Source: an uncultured Planctomycetota bacterium
Lineage (GTDB): Bacteria > Planctomycetota > Planctomycetia > Isosphaerales > Isosphaeraceae
NCBI GenBank assembly: GCA_963845755.1
Contig: CAWJTV010000025.1
Location: 256,001-320,000, forward strand
DNA: 64,000 nucleotides
Direction: 5' to 3'
How positions within the stretch are numbered: the stretch's first letter is position 1; the number at the start of each line of letters is the position of its first letter. Shown here in pieces: positions 20,766-31,341 of this stretch. Position numbers and translations under genes: made by a program. The notes below the pieces were generated by a model. That model was not told the origin of the DNA. It ran no database searches and worked only from the letters and a program-made list of their open reading frames with translations.

Positions 20766-23700
20766 GCGACGGATCGGCGCCGGCGCCGGAAGACGATCTC
20801 CTGGGGCCAATTCTCGAGTCATTCGTGCATCGGTTCCGTCGCGGCGAGCGGCCGTCGCTGACCGAGCTCATCACTCGACACCCCGAGCTGGCCGCGCAGA
20901 TCCGCGAGCTGGTCCCGGCGCTGGTTGATCTGGAGCAACTCGCGGGCTCGTCCCACGGCCCGGTTGGGTCCGCAAGGCCTCGGCCAGCCTCGGCCATCAC
21001 CCGGGATGAGGGCCCTACGCCCGAGCAGTTGGGCGACTATCGCATCCTCCGCCGGATCGGCGGCGGCGGGATGGGCGTGGTTTATGAGGCCGAGCACGAG
21101 GCGCTCGAGCGCAGTGTGGCGCTGAAGGTCATGCTCCCGCGTTTGCGGGACGATCCGAGATACTTGCGGCGGTTCCACACCGAGGCCAGCCTGACGGCGG
21201 GGCTGCACCACACGAACATCGTCGGTGTCTTCGACTACGGCGAGCAGGACGGTGTCTGCTATTACGCGATGCAGTTGATCCAGGGGCAACCCCTGGACTG
21301 CGTCCTGGCCGACATCCGTCTCCTGCGCGAGAGCCAGAGGCAAGGCGATCATCAGAGCGGCTCCGATCGGCTTCCGAACATCCCGGCGGCGGACGCATCG
21401 ATCGCCGGCTCGGCCGCCGCTCGAGGGCTCTTGAGCGGCCGCTTCGACGTGGCCATGACGAGCGACGAGGCCGTGGCCGTCACGCTCCCGATCGGAGTCG
21501 GCGACCCGGACGGTCCGGGATCCTCGGGAACGGGTGCGGAGGCGACTGCGGACGTGCCGGCGGATCGGCCGTCGTCGCTCGGTTCGTCGACGCTGGGCCC
21601 CTCTGGTGAGCTGCGCTACTACCGCGAGGTCGCGCGGATTGGTGCCCAGGTCGCCGACGCCCTGGAATACGCCCACCGACGCCGTATCATCCATCGCGAC
21701 ATCAAGCCGTCGAACCTGCTGCTCGACGCCCAGGGCAACGTGTGGGTGACCGACTTCGGCCTGTCGCGGCTGACGGATAACGCCGACCTGACCCAGTCGC
21801 GCGAGTTGGTCGGGACGCTCCGCTACATGGCGCCGAGCGGCTCCGTGGGAAGTCGGACCGCCGCAGCGACGTGTATTCCCTGGGGGCGACCCTGTACGAG
21901 ATGGTGGCCTTGCGTCCACCTTTCGAAGAAGCCGACGAGATCCGGCTGATGGAGCGCATCCGGAACGACGCGCCGATGACGCCGCGCCAGTTCGACCAGA
22001 AGCTCCCGCGCGACCTGGAGACCATCCTCTTCAAGACACTGGCCAAGGACCCGAAGGACCGATTCAGCTCGGCAGCGGCCCTGGCCGACGAGCTGCGGCG
22101 GTTCATCGACGGGCGGCCAATCCGGTCGCGGCCGGTGTCGGTTCCCGAGCAGTTCTGGCGCTGGTGCAAGCGCGACCCCTGGCTGGCTGGTGCGAGCATT
22201 TCCGCCGCGGCGGTGACGATCATTCTGGCCGTCGTATCGATGGCCGCGGCGATCATCTATCGCGACCAGGCCGAGGCGCTACGGGTGGAGCGGAACCGCT
22301 CGGACGTGGCCCTGCTGGATGCCAGCCGACGGGCCGTCGATGCCTACACGGCGCAGGCGCGAGGCGGCCGGCTCAGCCACCGCCCCGGGCAGCGCTTCGA
22401 GACCCTCGAGGCGGTGAAGCAGGCCGCCAGGCTGCTCGACGGCCTTCCGCTCGGGCCGGATACTGCCTCCCGGCGCGACGAGCTTCGCGAGCTGGCGATT
22501 GCCGCGATGGCCTTGCCCGACCTCCAGCCGACCGGCCGGGTCATCGCGCGGCCATCGGGCGTGATCGCGACGGCGTTCGATTCCGGGATGTCCCGCTACG
22601 CGCTGCGGTTCCGCGATGGGCGGATCTTGGTCCGACGCGTGGCCGATGACCAGGAGATCGCCTCGTTCCAGGCCCGGGGCGATCGCGACGTCTGGATCTT
22701 CGGTTTCAACCCCGACGGCCGCTATCTGGCGACCAACCATCCCCCCGACGGGGCGCTGACGGTCTGGGATGTCAACCGGCGCGTCGCCGTTGTGGACGAC
22801 CCGGGCCCCATCAGCCTGGCGGCGCGATTCAGCCCGGACGGTCGTTCGCTCGCGGTGGCCCGACGTGGAGAGCTTGTTGTTTACGACCTGGCGACCGGCC
22901 GGCCCAGCCGGCGCTGGCCCGGAAATGTCGACTGCCTGGCCTTCCGTCCGGACGGGACCCAGATCGCGGTCATCGACGACGTGGCAAAGCCCCCGACCTG
23001 GCGGATCCTGGACGCCAACTCGGGCCGGGAGGTCCGGGCGTTCCCCTTGCGGGTCTTCGCCGACGATGTCGTCTGGAACCCCGCAGGCACCATGCTGGCC
23101 ACGACGACGCGCATTCAGGAGCACAAGATCGACCTGTGGGATGTCGTGACCGGAAACCGCAGGGCCACTCTGGGAGGTCATACGAATCTCGGCTTGCGCG
23201 CGTCCTTTCACCCGGCTGGTACGCTGCTGGCCAGCAATGGCTTTGAAGGTCGTCTCCGGCTGTGGGATCCGATCCTGGGCCGGCCCCTGCTCGACGTGAC
23301 GAGCGGATCCGGGCCCGAGTTCAGTGCGGACGGAAGGATCGTCGTCTCGAACGACGACAAGCTGATTATCCATGAAGTCGACCCCGCCCGGGAGTATCGG
23401 ACATTCGCCTATCCCCTCGCGAAGCGAACCGGTTATGCCGACCCGTCCGTCCGATCTGACGGCCGGCTGCTCGCGGTCGGGACCGATGCCGGCGTGTTAC
23501 TCTGGGACCTGGCCCGCGGCACCGAACTCGCCTGGATGCCGATCCAGGTCGCCTGGCACGTGATGTTCGAGGAGTCGGGCGACCTGATCACGAGCGGCCC
23601 GCTGGGTGTGAATCGCTGGCCGATCCAGCTCGACGCCGGCCGCGGCGAGGTCCGCATCGGCCCGCCGCGTCAGCTCCCGCTGCCGGGGTTGAATTGCGGC

Positions 23701-25180
23701 ATAGGCGAGGACCGGTCGGGTCGGATCGTGGCCAAGTCCGACCATGATTATGCTTACGTGACCACTCCTGAGGGGACGAAGCGTTTGAGTTCTCTGAACG
23801 ACTGCCGTTCTGTCGCCGTCAGCCCGGACGGGCAATGGCTGGCGACCGGGACTCACATCGCGAGTCACGGGGCCCAGGTTTGGCGCATCGCTGACCTCAC
23901 CAAAGTCGCCGACCTGCCCATCGATTACGGTACGGTGGTCTACTTCAGCCCCGATGGCAAATCGCTGATGACCACGGCTTCTCCCTGCCGGCTCTGGGAC
24001 GTTGGCACCTGGCGCGAGGTGAGACGAATCGGTGACACTGCCGGCTGCTTCTCCCCCGACGGCCGGCTGGTGGTTGTCCAGGAAGCGAACAAAATGATCC
24101 GCCTGGTGGAAACGGAGACCGGTCGCACGCTGGCGCGGCTCGAGAGCCCCGACCTCTGCCCCATCCAGCCGACCTTCAGCCCGGACGGATCACGGCTGGT
24201 GGCGATCACGAACGACGGCCCGGCCGTGCACGTGTGGGACCTGCGGGCCATCCGGAAGCAACTGGCCGGGATGGGCCTCGATTGGGACGCGCCCGCCTAT
24301 TCCGGCGACGACCCGTCCGACCCATCGGCACGGCCGTTAACCTCGGTGCAAGTTCGCTATGAGGGAGACGGGATCGCCGAGGGAGACGCCCTGGCCCGCG
24401 AGGGTCGATGGAACGAGGCAGCCGCCGCCTATGCCCGGGCCTTCGACGAGGGGGTCCTGGACCAGGCGGAGGCGCTGGTCCGAACAGGCGTTCCTTCGCC
24501 TGGCGGTGGGCGACGCCGCGGGATATGGTCGGAGCTGCCGGCGTATCCTCGATCGGTTCAGGATCCTGAAGAGATTTGAACCGGCCGGGCACGAGGATCC
24601 GGCTTACGTGATCAACTGGCATTGCTACACGGCATACACGCTAGCCGTGGCCCCAGGTAGCCCGGCCGACGCGGCGCAGGTCTTGCGAATCGCCAAGGGG
24701 TGGGTCGAAGTCTCGCACTCGGCTTGGTCCGAGCAGGTGTTCGGGCTGGCCCTCTACCGTGCCGGACGGTTCGCCGAGGCTGAGACGTGGCTTCGGAGCT
24801 TCCTCGACCGTCATCCCTTACGGGATTACCACGTCTTCGACTGGCTGGTCCTGGCCATGGCCGATCAGCGGCTGGGGCGACCGGACGAAGCCCGACGCTG
24901 GCTGGAGCAAGCCGAGACCTGGGCCGCATCTCGACGGCGCGGCCGGCCCGGAGGTTCCGATCGGGCAACCCCCGAAAACTGGCACTGGACCGACGGAGTG
25001 TTGTTACACCTGCTGCTCCGCGAAGCCCGCGCCCTGGTCGGTACGGAGCTGCCAGTGCTGCCCGGGGACGTCTTCGCGCCCGCGCCTCGAGCGCCTGTTC
25101 CGAAAGCCCGAAGGGACGACAGAAACCCTGGGGATCCGAGAGATTTTGTCGCCCTTCCGGGGCTCGCAGGACGGTCGTGA
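20762..25180 (+). CDS. Ser/Thr protein kinase with TM helix, WD40 beta-propellers and C-terminal TPR-like region (frameshifts at ~21835 and ~24470)
   Basis: IGGGGMGVVY, VALK, HRDIKPSNLL, DFGL, GTLRYMAP/E, PRDLETI. Many FSPDG/LWD repeats. Joins ORFs 20645..21949, 21871..24579 and 24359..25180. The 3' end runs into the repeat at 25087. Confidence 0.9.
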
Positions 25181-25289
25181 CGGCCTCGGCCGAGATCCTG
25201 GGGCTCACGCCCCAGGCCACGTCCTGACGCCCTTCCAGGGCTGTCCGGATAGCCTCTGGTTGTGCACAACTCAACCGTGACGCGCTCTA
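25087..25289. mobile_element. MITE-like element 3 (~200 bp) carrying AGCCCG...CGGGGCT and CCTGGGGCTCACGCCCCAGG hairpins
   Basis: Right end reverse-complemented TAGAGCGCGTCACGGTTGAGTTGTGCACA; left end only tcgagcgcct. Internal palindromes agcccgaagggacgacaga...ttgtcgcccttccggggct and cctggggctcacgccccagg. Confidence 0.6.
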
Positions 25290-25329
25290 GCGAGATCGAG
25301 ACCACCATCTGAAGATGAGCCAGGACCGA

Positions 25330-26450
25330 TCAGGGCCGCTCCTGGGCGGTGGACGTGGAAGCGCCCCGCAGGTTCTTGATCCGCCAGGCATGGGGGCCCT
25401 GGAGCACCGAAGCGGCTTCGGCCGGCGGTGAGGGTGCGGCGGGTTCGCCATCCCATCGGTGGCTTTCGAGGCTCCGGAGGACCTGGTCGGCCAGGCGCAT
25501 GGCGCGGAGGGCATCGTCACCGCTGACGCGCGGGAGAGCCTGGCGCCGGGCCGCGGCGACGAAGTTCTCCAGTTCCAGGGTTAGCTGGTCGGCCGAATCG
25601 GACGGGACCTGATCGACGCGGAGGATCTTGCCGAAGAGGTGATCCTTGATCGCGGACGGCTGGCTCAGGTCGACGCCGTCGAGGTCGATGCGGCCGTCCC
25701 GCAGTTGTTCGGAGGGACGGACGAGCGTCGCCTGTTTCGCGGCGAAGTCGAGCGAGGCGTATCCTTCCGCGCCCAGATCCGCATCTTCCGCATGGCCGCG
25801 TAGCTGGCCCGGCTGGCCGTCAGGTTGGCCACGCTGCCATCCTCGAACTCGATCCGCGCGTTGGCCACGTCCTCGCGCTCGCCGAAGAGGCTCAGGCCCA
25901 CCGCCGCGACCGACCGCACCGGCGCGGCGATCATCGACAGCAGCAAGTCGAGATCGTGGATCATCAGGTCCAGGACGACGCCGATATCCGTCGAGCGGAA
26001 CGTGTAGGTCGAGAGCCGTTCGGCGGCAATGTATTTGGGACGGATCGGCATCTGGTCCAGGGCGCGGAGGGCCGGGTTGAAGCGTTCGATGTGGCCCACT
26101 TGCAGCACGGCGCCCCGGGCTCGTGCCAGGGTCGTGAGCTGCTCCGCCTCGGCCAGGCTGCCGGCGATCGGCTTCTCGATCAGCGTGGCGATCCCCCGCG
26201 CCAGGAAAACGCCGGCCACCTCGCGATGCATGACCGTCGGCACGGCGACGGTGACTGCGTCGACGATGTCCAGGAGTCGCCGGTAGTCGTGCAGGGCCGT
26301 CGTGGCGCACCTCGCGGCCACTTCGGCCGCTCGATCGCCATCCGCGTCCGCCACACCGATCAGCTCGACGCCGGGGAGCTTGGCGAGGATCCGGGCGTGA
26401 TGCTGGCCCAGGTGACCCACGCCCACGACGCCCACTCGCAACCGCGTCAT
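25330..26450 (-). CDS. Gfo/Idh/MocA oxidoreductase, probable UDP-GlcNAc 3-dehydrogenase (GnnA-like); frameshift at ~25770
   Basis: GVVGVGHLG, LIEKPIA, QVGHIERFNP, DIGVVLDLMIHDLD, TASRAS. Start overlaps the lpxA stop. Confidence 0.85.
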
Positions 26451-27254
26451 GCCGCCCTCCAGCGTTCCCGTGCCCGGCCATGCTGGCCGTGGTGCTGGGC
26501 CTCGATGAAATCCAGGAGACTCTTCACCTCCTCAAAAAGATGATCGCGAGACTCGAGGAGCTCCCGGGCGTGAACGGACGTCATCTTGGATCGGTAGATC
26601 AGGCGATGGGCCTCGTGCAGCGCCGAGATCGCTTCGGCCGAGAGGCCATGGCGCTTCAGGCCGACTACGTTGATGCAGCGGACCTTCGAGGGATTGCCGT
26701 CCACGATCATGAAGCGGGGCACATCATGATAGATCCGCGAGAGGCCGCCCACATAGCAGTAGGCGCCGATCGTCACGAAGGGATGAACGCCCACCCCGCC
26801 CGAGATCGTGACATACGACTCGACGTGGGAGTGTCCGCCCAGGATCGTGTTGTTGGCGATGATGACGCGGTCGCCGATCAGGCAGTCGTGGGCCACGTGG
26901 ACATTGACCATCAGGAGGTTGTTCGAGCCGATCTGCGTGATGCCTTGTTCTTTCTCGCTGCCGCGGTGGATGGTGACCGCCTCGCGGATCACGTTGCGGT
27001 CGCCGATCTCGACGCGGGTCGAGGTGCCGCGGTAGGAGACGTCCTGGGGCTCGCCGCCGATGACGGCGAAGGGATGGATCACGTTCTCCTCGCCGAGCGT
27101 GGTCTGGCCGTCGATACAGGCATGGGCGATCAGGCGGGTCCCTCGGCCGATCGTCACGTCCGGGCCGATCACACAATAGGGCCCGACCTCCACGTCATCG
27201 CCGAGCTCGGCGCGAGGGTCGAACGCAAGCCGTATCGGCAATCAAGGTGGCCAT
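26447..27254 (-). CDS. lpxA: Acyl-ACP--UDP-N-acetylglucosamine O-acyltransferase (frameshift at ~27225)
   Basis: GGAGG RBS then ATG at 27254 (MATLIADTA/..DPRAELG). Hexapeptide repeats, GGEPQD, IREAVTIHRG, HVAHDC, LGGH, INVVGLKRHG. Confidence 0.96.
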
Positions 27255-27279
27255 GATCGCAGGTTCCTCCGGATCAGAC

Positions 27280-27334
27280 TTTGGGATTTGGGATTTGGGA
27301 CTTGGGATCTGGGATTGGTCAATCCTCAATCGAA
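27280..27334. repeat. Heptamer tandem repeat (TTGGGAT)x~5 with a partial inverted arm
   Basis: ttgggatttgggatttgggacttgggatctgggatt followed by caatcctcaatc; intergenic between lpxC/fabZ and lpxA. Confidence 0.8.
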
Positions 27335-27373
27335 GGTCCGGGAAGCGGACACGGCTCCCGCACCACGGGACGG

Positions 27374-28747
27374 CTACGCGCTGACGGCGGCCTGTCGGGC
27401 CATCCCGCCGGGCATCCGTCCGTCCTCAATCATGACAAATCGCACGCGAGCCTCGGCGGCCAGGGTGTCGCCGACCCTGGCCCGCCCCACGACCACGGCG
27501 GCGGTCTCCTTGATCCGTTGCACGAGGATCTCCAGCCGAAGCTGATCGCCGGGGACGACGGGCCGGCGGAACTTCACCCCGTCGATCGAGGCGATCAAGG
27601 CGAGGCGACCGGCCCGAGGGACACTCGCGGCGATCAGGACCCCGGCCGCCTGGGCCAGGGCCTCGATCATCAGCACTCCTGGCATGATCGGCATTCCCGG
27701 CCAGTGACCGTGAAAGAACGGTTCGTTGATGCTCACGTTCTTGATGCCGACCAACCGTCGTCCGGGGATGAGGTCGAGCACGCGATCGATCAGCAAGAAG
27801 GGGTAGCGGTGGGGCAGCAAGCTCATGATCCCCGCGATGTCGATCGTGCCATCCTCCTTCAGGGGCAGCGGCTCGACCTCGGCGGTTCCCGTACGAGCGG
27901 CCCACTGAAGCAGCCGGCGCACCAGGGAGGCGTTGGTCTGATGCCCCGAGCGGTACGCCACCACGAACCCGTGGAGGTCGAGGCCGATGAGAGCCAGGTC
28001 CCCGACCAGATCCAGGACCTTGTGCCGCGCGCACTCGTCGGGGTATCGCAGCGCGTTGCCGACGACGCCGTCGCGGCCGAAGAGCAACAGGTCCGCCTCG
28101 GTGGTCCGGACCCCGATGCCGGCGGCGCGGAGCGCGTGGGCCTCGGTCTCCAGGAGGAAGGTCCGGCTTGTCGCCAGTTCGGAGCGGAAGGAGTCGGGCG
28201 AGAGCCCCACGCAGAAGCTCTGGGCGGGGATCGGCGCCTCGCGGCCATAGTCGAGGTGGTAAGAGAGCGTCAGGCCGTCGGACGGGCCCGGGGGATGGAT
28301 CGCGAGCACGGCATCCCCCTCGCGGATGCTGATCGGCTCCTCGACCCGGAGCATCGGCCGCTCCTGGTCCTGCTCGACGATCCCAGCCCGGTCCAGCGCC
28401 TCGACGAAGGCACGACTCGAGCCGTCGCAGCCGGGGCACTCACCGGCATCGATCTCGACGATCGCATTGTCGATCTGGAGGCCGGCGAGCGCGGCCATCA
28501 CATGCTCGATCATCTCCACGCTCGCGGCGCCGCGCCGGATCGTGGTACGCCGCTGCGATGGGACGACCGCGCCGACGTGCGCGGGGATCGTGGGCCGGCC
28601 GGGCAGGTCGGCGCGACGGAACACGATCCCGGTGTCGCACTCCGCCGGCAGGAAGCGGAGCGTAACGTTAACGCCATGGAAGAATCCGACTCCACACACC
28701 TCGGCAGCGCGGACGATCGTGCGCTGCCGGCGGGTACCTCTGAGCAT
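27374..28747 (-). CDS. lpxC: Bifunctional LpxC (UDP-3-O-acyl-GlcNAc deacetylase) / FabZ (3-hydroxyacyl-ACP dehydratase)
   Basis: RQRTI, GIVFRR, IEHVMAAL, DGSS, SRTF, RHKVLDLVGDL, then LLPHRYPFLLIDRV, FFHGHWPGMPIMPGVLMIEALAQ, KFRRPVVPGD. Start placed at ATG 28747 because the upstream in-frame part is the MITE. Confidence 0.96.
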   Translation of the reverse strand: MLRGTRRQRTIVRAAEVCGVGFFHGVNVTLRFLPAECDTGIVFRRADLPGRPTIPAHVGAVVPSQRRTTIRRGAASVEMIEHVMAALAGLQIDNAIVEIDAGECPGCDGSSRAFVEALDRAGIVEQDQERPMLRVEEPISIREGDAVLAIHPPGPSDGLTLSYHLDYGREAPIPAQSFCVGLSPDSFRSELATSRTFLLETEAHALRAAGIGVRTTEADLLLFGRDGVVGNALRYPDECARHKVLDLVGDLALIGLDLHGFVVAYRSGHQTNASLVRRLLQWAARTGTAEVEPLPLKEDGTIDIAGIMSLLPHRYPFLLIDRVLDLIPGRRLVGIKNVSINEPFFHGHWPGMPIMPGVLMIEALAQAAGVLIAASVPRAGRLALIASIDGVKFRRPVVPGDQLRLEILVQRIKETAAVVVGRARVGDTLAAEARVRFVMIEDGRMPGGMARQAAVSA

Positions 28748-28803
28748 TCCCTGCCCCTTCAACTCGCCCTCGAACGATCCCGGGCCGGCGGCGCCCGATG
28801 GGC

Positions 28804-28993
28804 TCGAGCGCTTAACGGTTGGCTTGCACACGCTCAGAGTCCTCGACCGAAGCCCCCCCCTAACCCCCCCTTCGTAAGGGGGGAAAGGAAACGGGCCATT
28901 CCGCCTCAATTTCCCCCCTTACGAAGGGGGGGTTAGGGGGGTGGATTTGCATCGGCCCCGTGGCGTGCGCGACGCAAGCGCTCGGCGGCTCTA
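28804..28993. mobile_element. MITE-like element 4 (~190 bp), inverted homolog of 11345..11539
   Basis: Left tcgagcgcttaacggttggcttgcacacgc. Inner cccccctaacccccccttcgtaagggggg...cccccttacgaagggggggttagggggg. Right ...gcgtgcgcgacgcaagcgctcggcggctcta. Confidence 0.75.
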
Positions 28994-29151
28994 GACGGCC
29001 TGGCGCCGACTACCGGCCCAGGCCCAGCCCCGACGCGCCAGCCCGACGTTACGGTAGAATGCGCCCCTCCCGCTCGGTCCCGGTCTCCATACCGTGGACG
29101 GACCGGCGGGAGGAGACTTCGATCTCCGAGTCTTCGCCGTATGAGGCGGGA

Positions 29152-29895
29152 TCAATTCTGTCCGGGCTGGACCGCGCCGGCCGACGAAGGACGAGGAGTC
29201 GCGGACTTCGCCGCCGGATCGGGATTCTTCGTGGCCTTGTACCATTGATTGAGGTACATCAACACATCTTTGGTGATGTCGTTGCGGGCATCGGAGTAGA
29301 GCACCGGCTCGGCGAGCGACATCATGACGGAATTGGGTTCGGTTCCCGAGGGCGATTTCGTCGAGACTTTCAGGACATAGTTGAGCTTTCGCCACCGGGC
29401 GACTCGCGCCACCATGCCCTGGACTTCCTTGTACGCCGTGGCGAAGATCTCGGCCTGCCGCAACGTGAATTCGCGCTCCGCTTGCTCGCGACCCGCTTCC
29501 ATCTTCGCCTTCAGCTCGGTCATGCTATCTTCGATCTTCTTGAAGTCGGTGGACCCGGGCGTGAACTTCTGGAGCATCACCCCTTTATCGCGGAACTCGG
29601 ACTCGTATTTCATCAATTCGCCCTGCCGCACCTTGACCGCGGCGCGCAGCTCCTGCTGCTGGTCTTTCATCTTGTCGTAGCTGTTCAGCACCGTTTCGAG
29701 GTCGATCGTCCCGACAACCGGCGGGATCGGGGCCGGCGGTCCCGTGGTCGCGGTGCCGTTCCCATTCGATGCCGCCCGGACTCCGGTGTCGGCTTTCTGC
29801 GGTTGCTGCGCCTGGATGCGCGACGGCATGACGAAGTAGGCGATTCCCGCCAGGCTCAGCCCGATGGCCAAGATCCCACGAGGCGAAAGACCCAT
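29152..29895 (-). CDS. skp: OmpH/Skp periplasmic chaperone
   Basis: Signal/TM, VGTIDLETVL, coiled-coil body, C-terminal LNYVL...VLYS..NDITKDVL. AAGGAG RBS. Upstream of lpxC. Confidence 0.85.
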   Translation of the reverse strand: MGLSPRGILAIGLSLAGIAYFVMPSRIQAQQPQKADTGVRAASNGNGTATTGPPAPIPPVVGTIDLETVLNSYDKMKDQQQELRAAVKVRQGELMKYESEFRDKGVMLQKFTPGSTDFKKIEDSMTELKAKMEAGREQAEREFTLRQAEIFATAYKEVQGMVARVARWRKLNYVLKVSTKSPSGTEPNSVMMSLAEPVLYSDARNDITKDVLMYLNQWYKATKNPDPAAKSATPRPSSAGAVQPGQN

Positions 29896-30126
29896 CGGTA
29901 CAACTCCTTTTCTACCGTGGTGATGCGTTTCGAGGCGACGCCGTCCCTGGGCAATCCCTCCGGTCCCTTGACCAGCGTGTCCCTGGCCGGACGGAAACTC
30001 GCGGCATTCTGCGCGGAAGCCGAATCGGGGTCAAGCCGAACCCCGCGAGTTTGCACGTCGATCGCGTCCATCCCTCCCGCTGCTGGGTCCGACCACGGGC
30101 GGTACTGGACATAAGAGCCCTGTGGA

Positions 30127-31207
30127 TCACAGATAGGGCTCGTGCCCGGCGTCCGTCAACGCCTCGACCAGGGCCTTCAGCTTGTCGAGCTGATCCTTCC
30201 TCGCCACGAGCGTCGCCCTCCCCGAATGGACGACGACCAGATCGTTGACGCCGAGGGTCGCCACCAGGCCGCCGTCCTCCGAGATGATGATCGAATTGGT
30301 CGTGTCGCGGGCCACGACATGCCCCTGGATGGCGTTGCCGGCGGCGTCTCGCTCGAGGAGCGTGGCCAGCGCGCGCGAGTCGCCGACGTCATTCCAGCGA
30401 TACGGGACCTCGAGCACGCGGACGTTGGGCGGCGTGCTCCATGACGGCTTTGTCGATCGGGACGCGCTCCAGGCGGTGGAAATGCTGGGCCAGGGCGTGC
30501 GCCTCGTCGGGTGTGCCCAGGGCATCCAGGATCGGCTCGAGGGCTGCGGCGAGTCTCGGTCGGTGGGCCTGGAGCTCATGCAAGATGGTCCGTGCTCGCC
30601 AGACGAAGATCCCCGAATTCCAGAGGAACGTACCGGCGGCCAGGAACTGTTCGGCGGTGGCTCGGTCGGGCTTTTCGCGGAACTGGATCACGCGGTAGAT
30701 GGGGATACCGTGGCAATGCTTGAGCAGCGGTCCGCGCTCGATGTAGCCGTAGCCGGTCTCGGGATGGGTGGGCGAGATGCCGAAGGTCACCAGGACGCTG
30801 GGATCCTCGTCGATGACCGAGACCGCGGCGTGCAGGGTGGTCCGGAAGGCATCGACGGGCTCGATGACGTGGTCGGCCGGCATGACGATCATGGTGCCAT
30901 CGGGATCCCGGCTGGCCACAATCCCCGCCGCCAGTCCCACGCACGGGGCCGTATCGCGAGGGCAGGGCTCGGCGACCACATTCCCGGCCGGCAGGTCGGG
31001 GAGCTGGGCCCGCGTGGCCTCGGCCTGGTCCGCGCCGGTGATGACCACGACGCGTTCCGGAGGAACCAGGTGCTCGACCCGGGCCACCGTCTGCTGGAGC
31101 ATCGTCGACTCGCCCGCCAGGCGGAGCAATTGCTTCGGCCGGTCGCGCCGGCTCTTCGGCCAGAACCGGGTCCCGCTGCCACCGGCCATGATGATCGCGT
31201 GTAACAT
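30127..31207 (-). CDS. manC: Mannose-1-phosphate guanylyltransferase (frameshift at ~30428)
   Basis: AIIMAGGSGTRFWPKSR..PKQLL, EPCPRDTAP, PADH, ETGYGYI, FREKP, WNSGIF, IDKAVME / WNDVG. Confidence 0.93.
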
Positions 31208-31223
31208 CGAGCTCCTCGCAATG

Positions 31224-31290
31224 GAAGGATGAAGGATGAAGGATGAAGGATGAGTCAGACCGGATTGGTTGAGCCTTCAACCTTCCAGCC
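31224..31290. repeat. Heptamer tandem repeat (GAAGGAT)x4 with a partial inverted arm
   Basis: gaaggat x4 at 31224-31251, then ccttcaaccttcc at ~31274. A related inverted pair lies at 58891-58958. Confidence 0.8.
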
Positions 31291-31341
31291 GCCATCCGGT
31301 CTTCGTCCAGCCTCCCCCACAAGGTGGGAAGGGAGAGCGGT

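Noticed and set aside
25087..25180. Last ~30 aa of the kinase as a real domain
   Set aside because: They derive from the repeat element. The natural end is probably near ...LPGDVFAP.
28748..28909. N-terminal extension of LpxC (PFPPYEGGVRGG...), and likewise ORFs 11118..11543 and 11210..11524
   Set aside because: These are translations of the palindromic MITE-like element, not protein domains.
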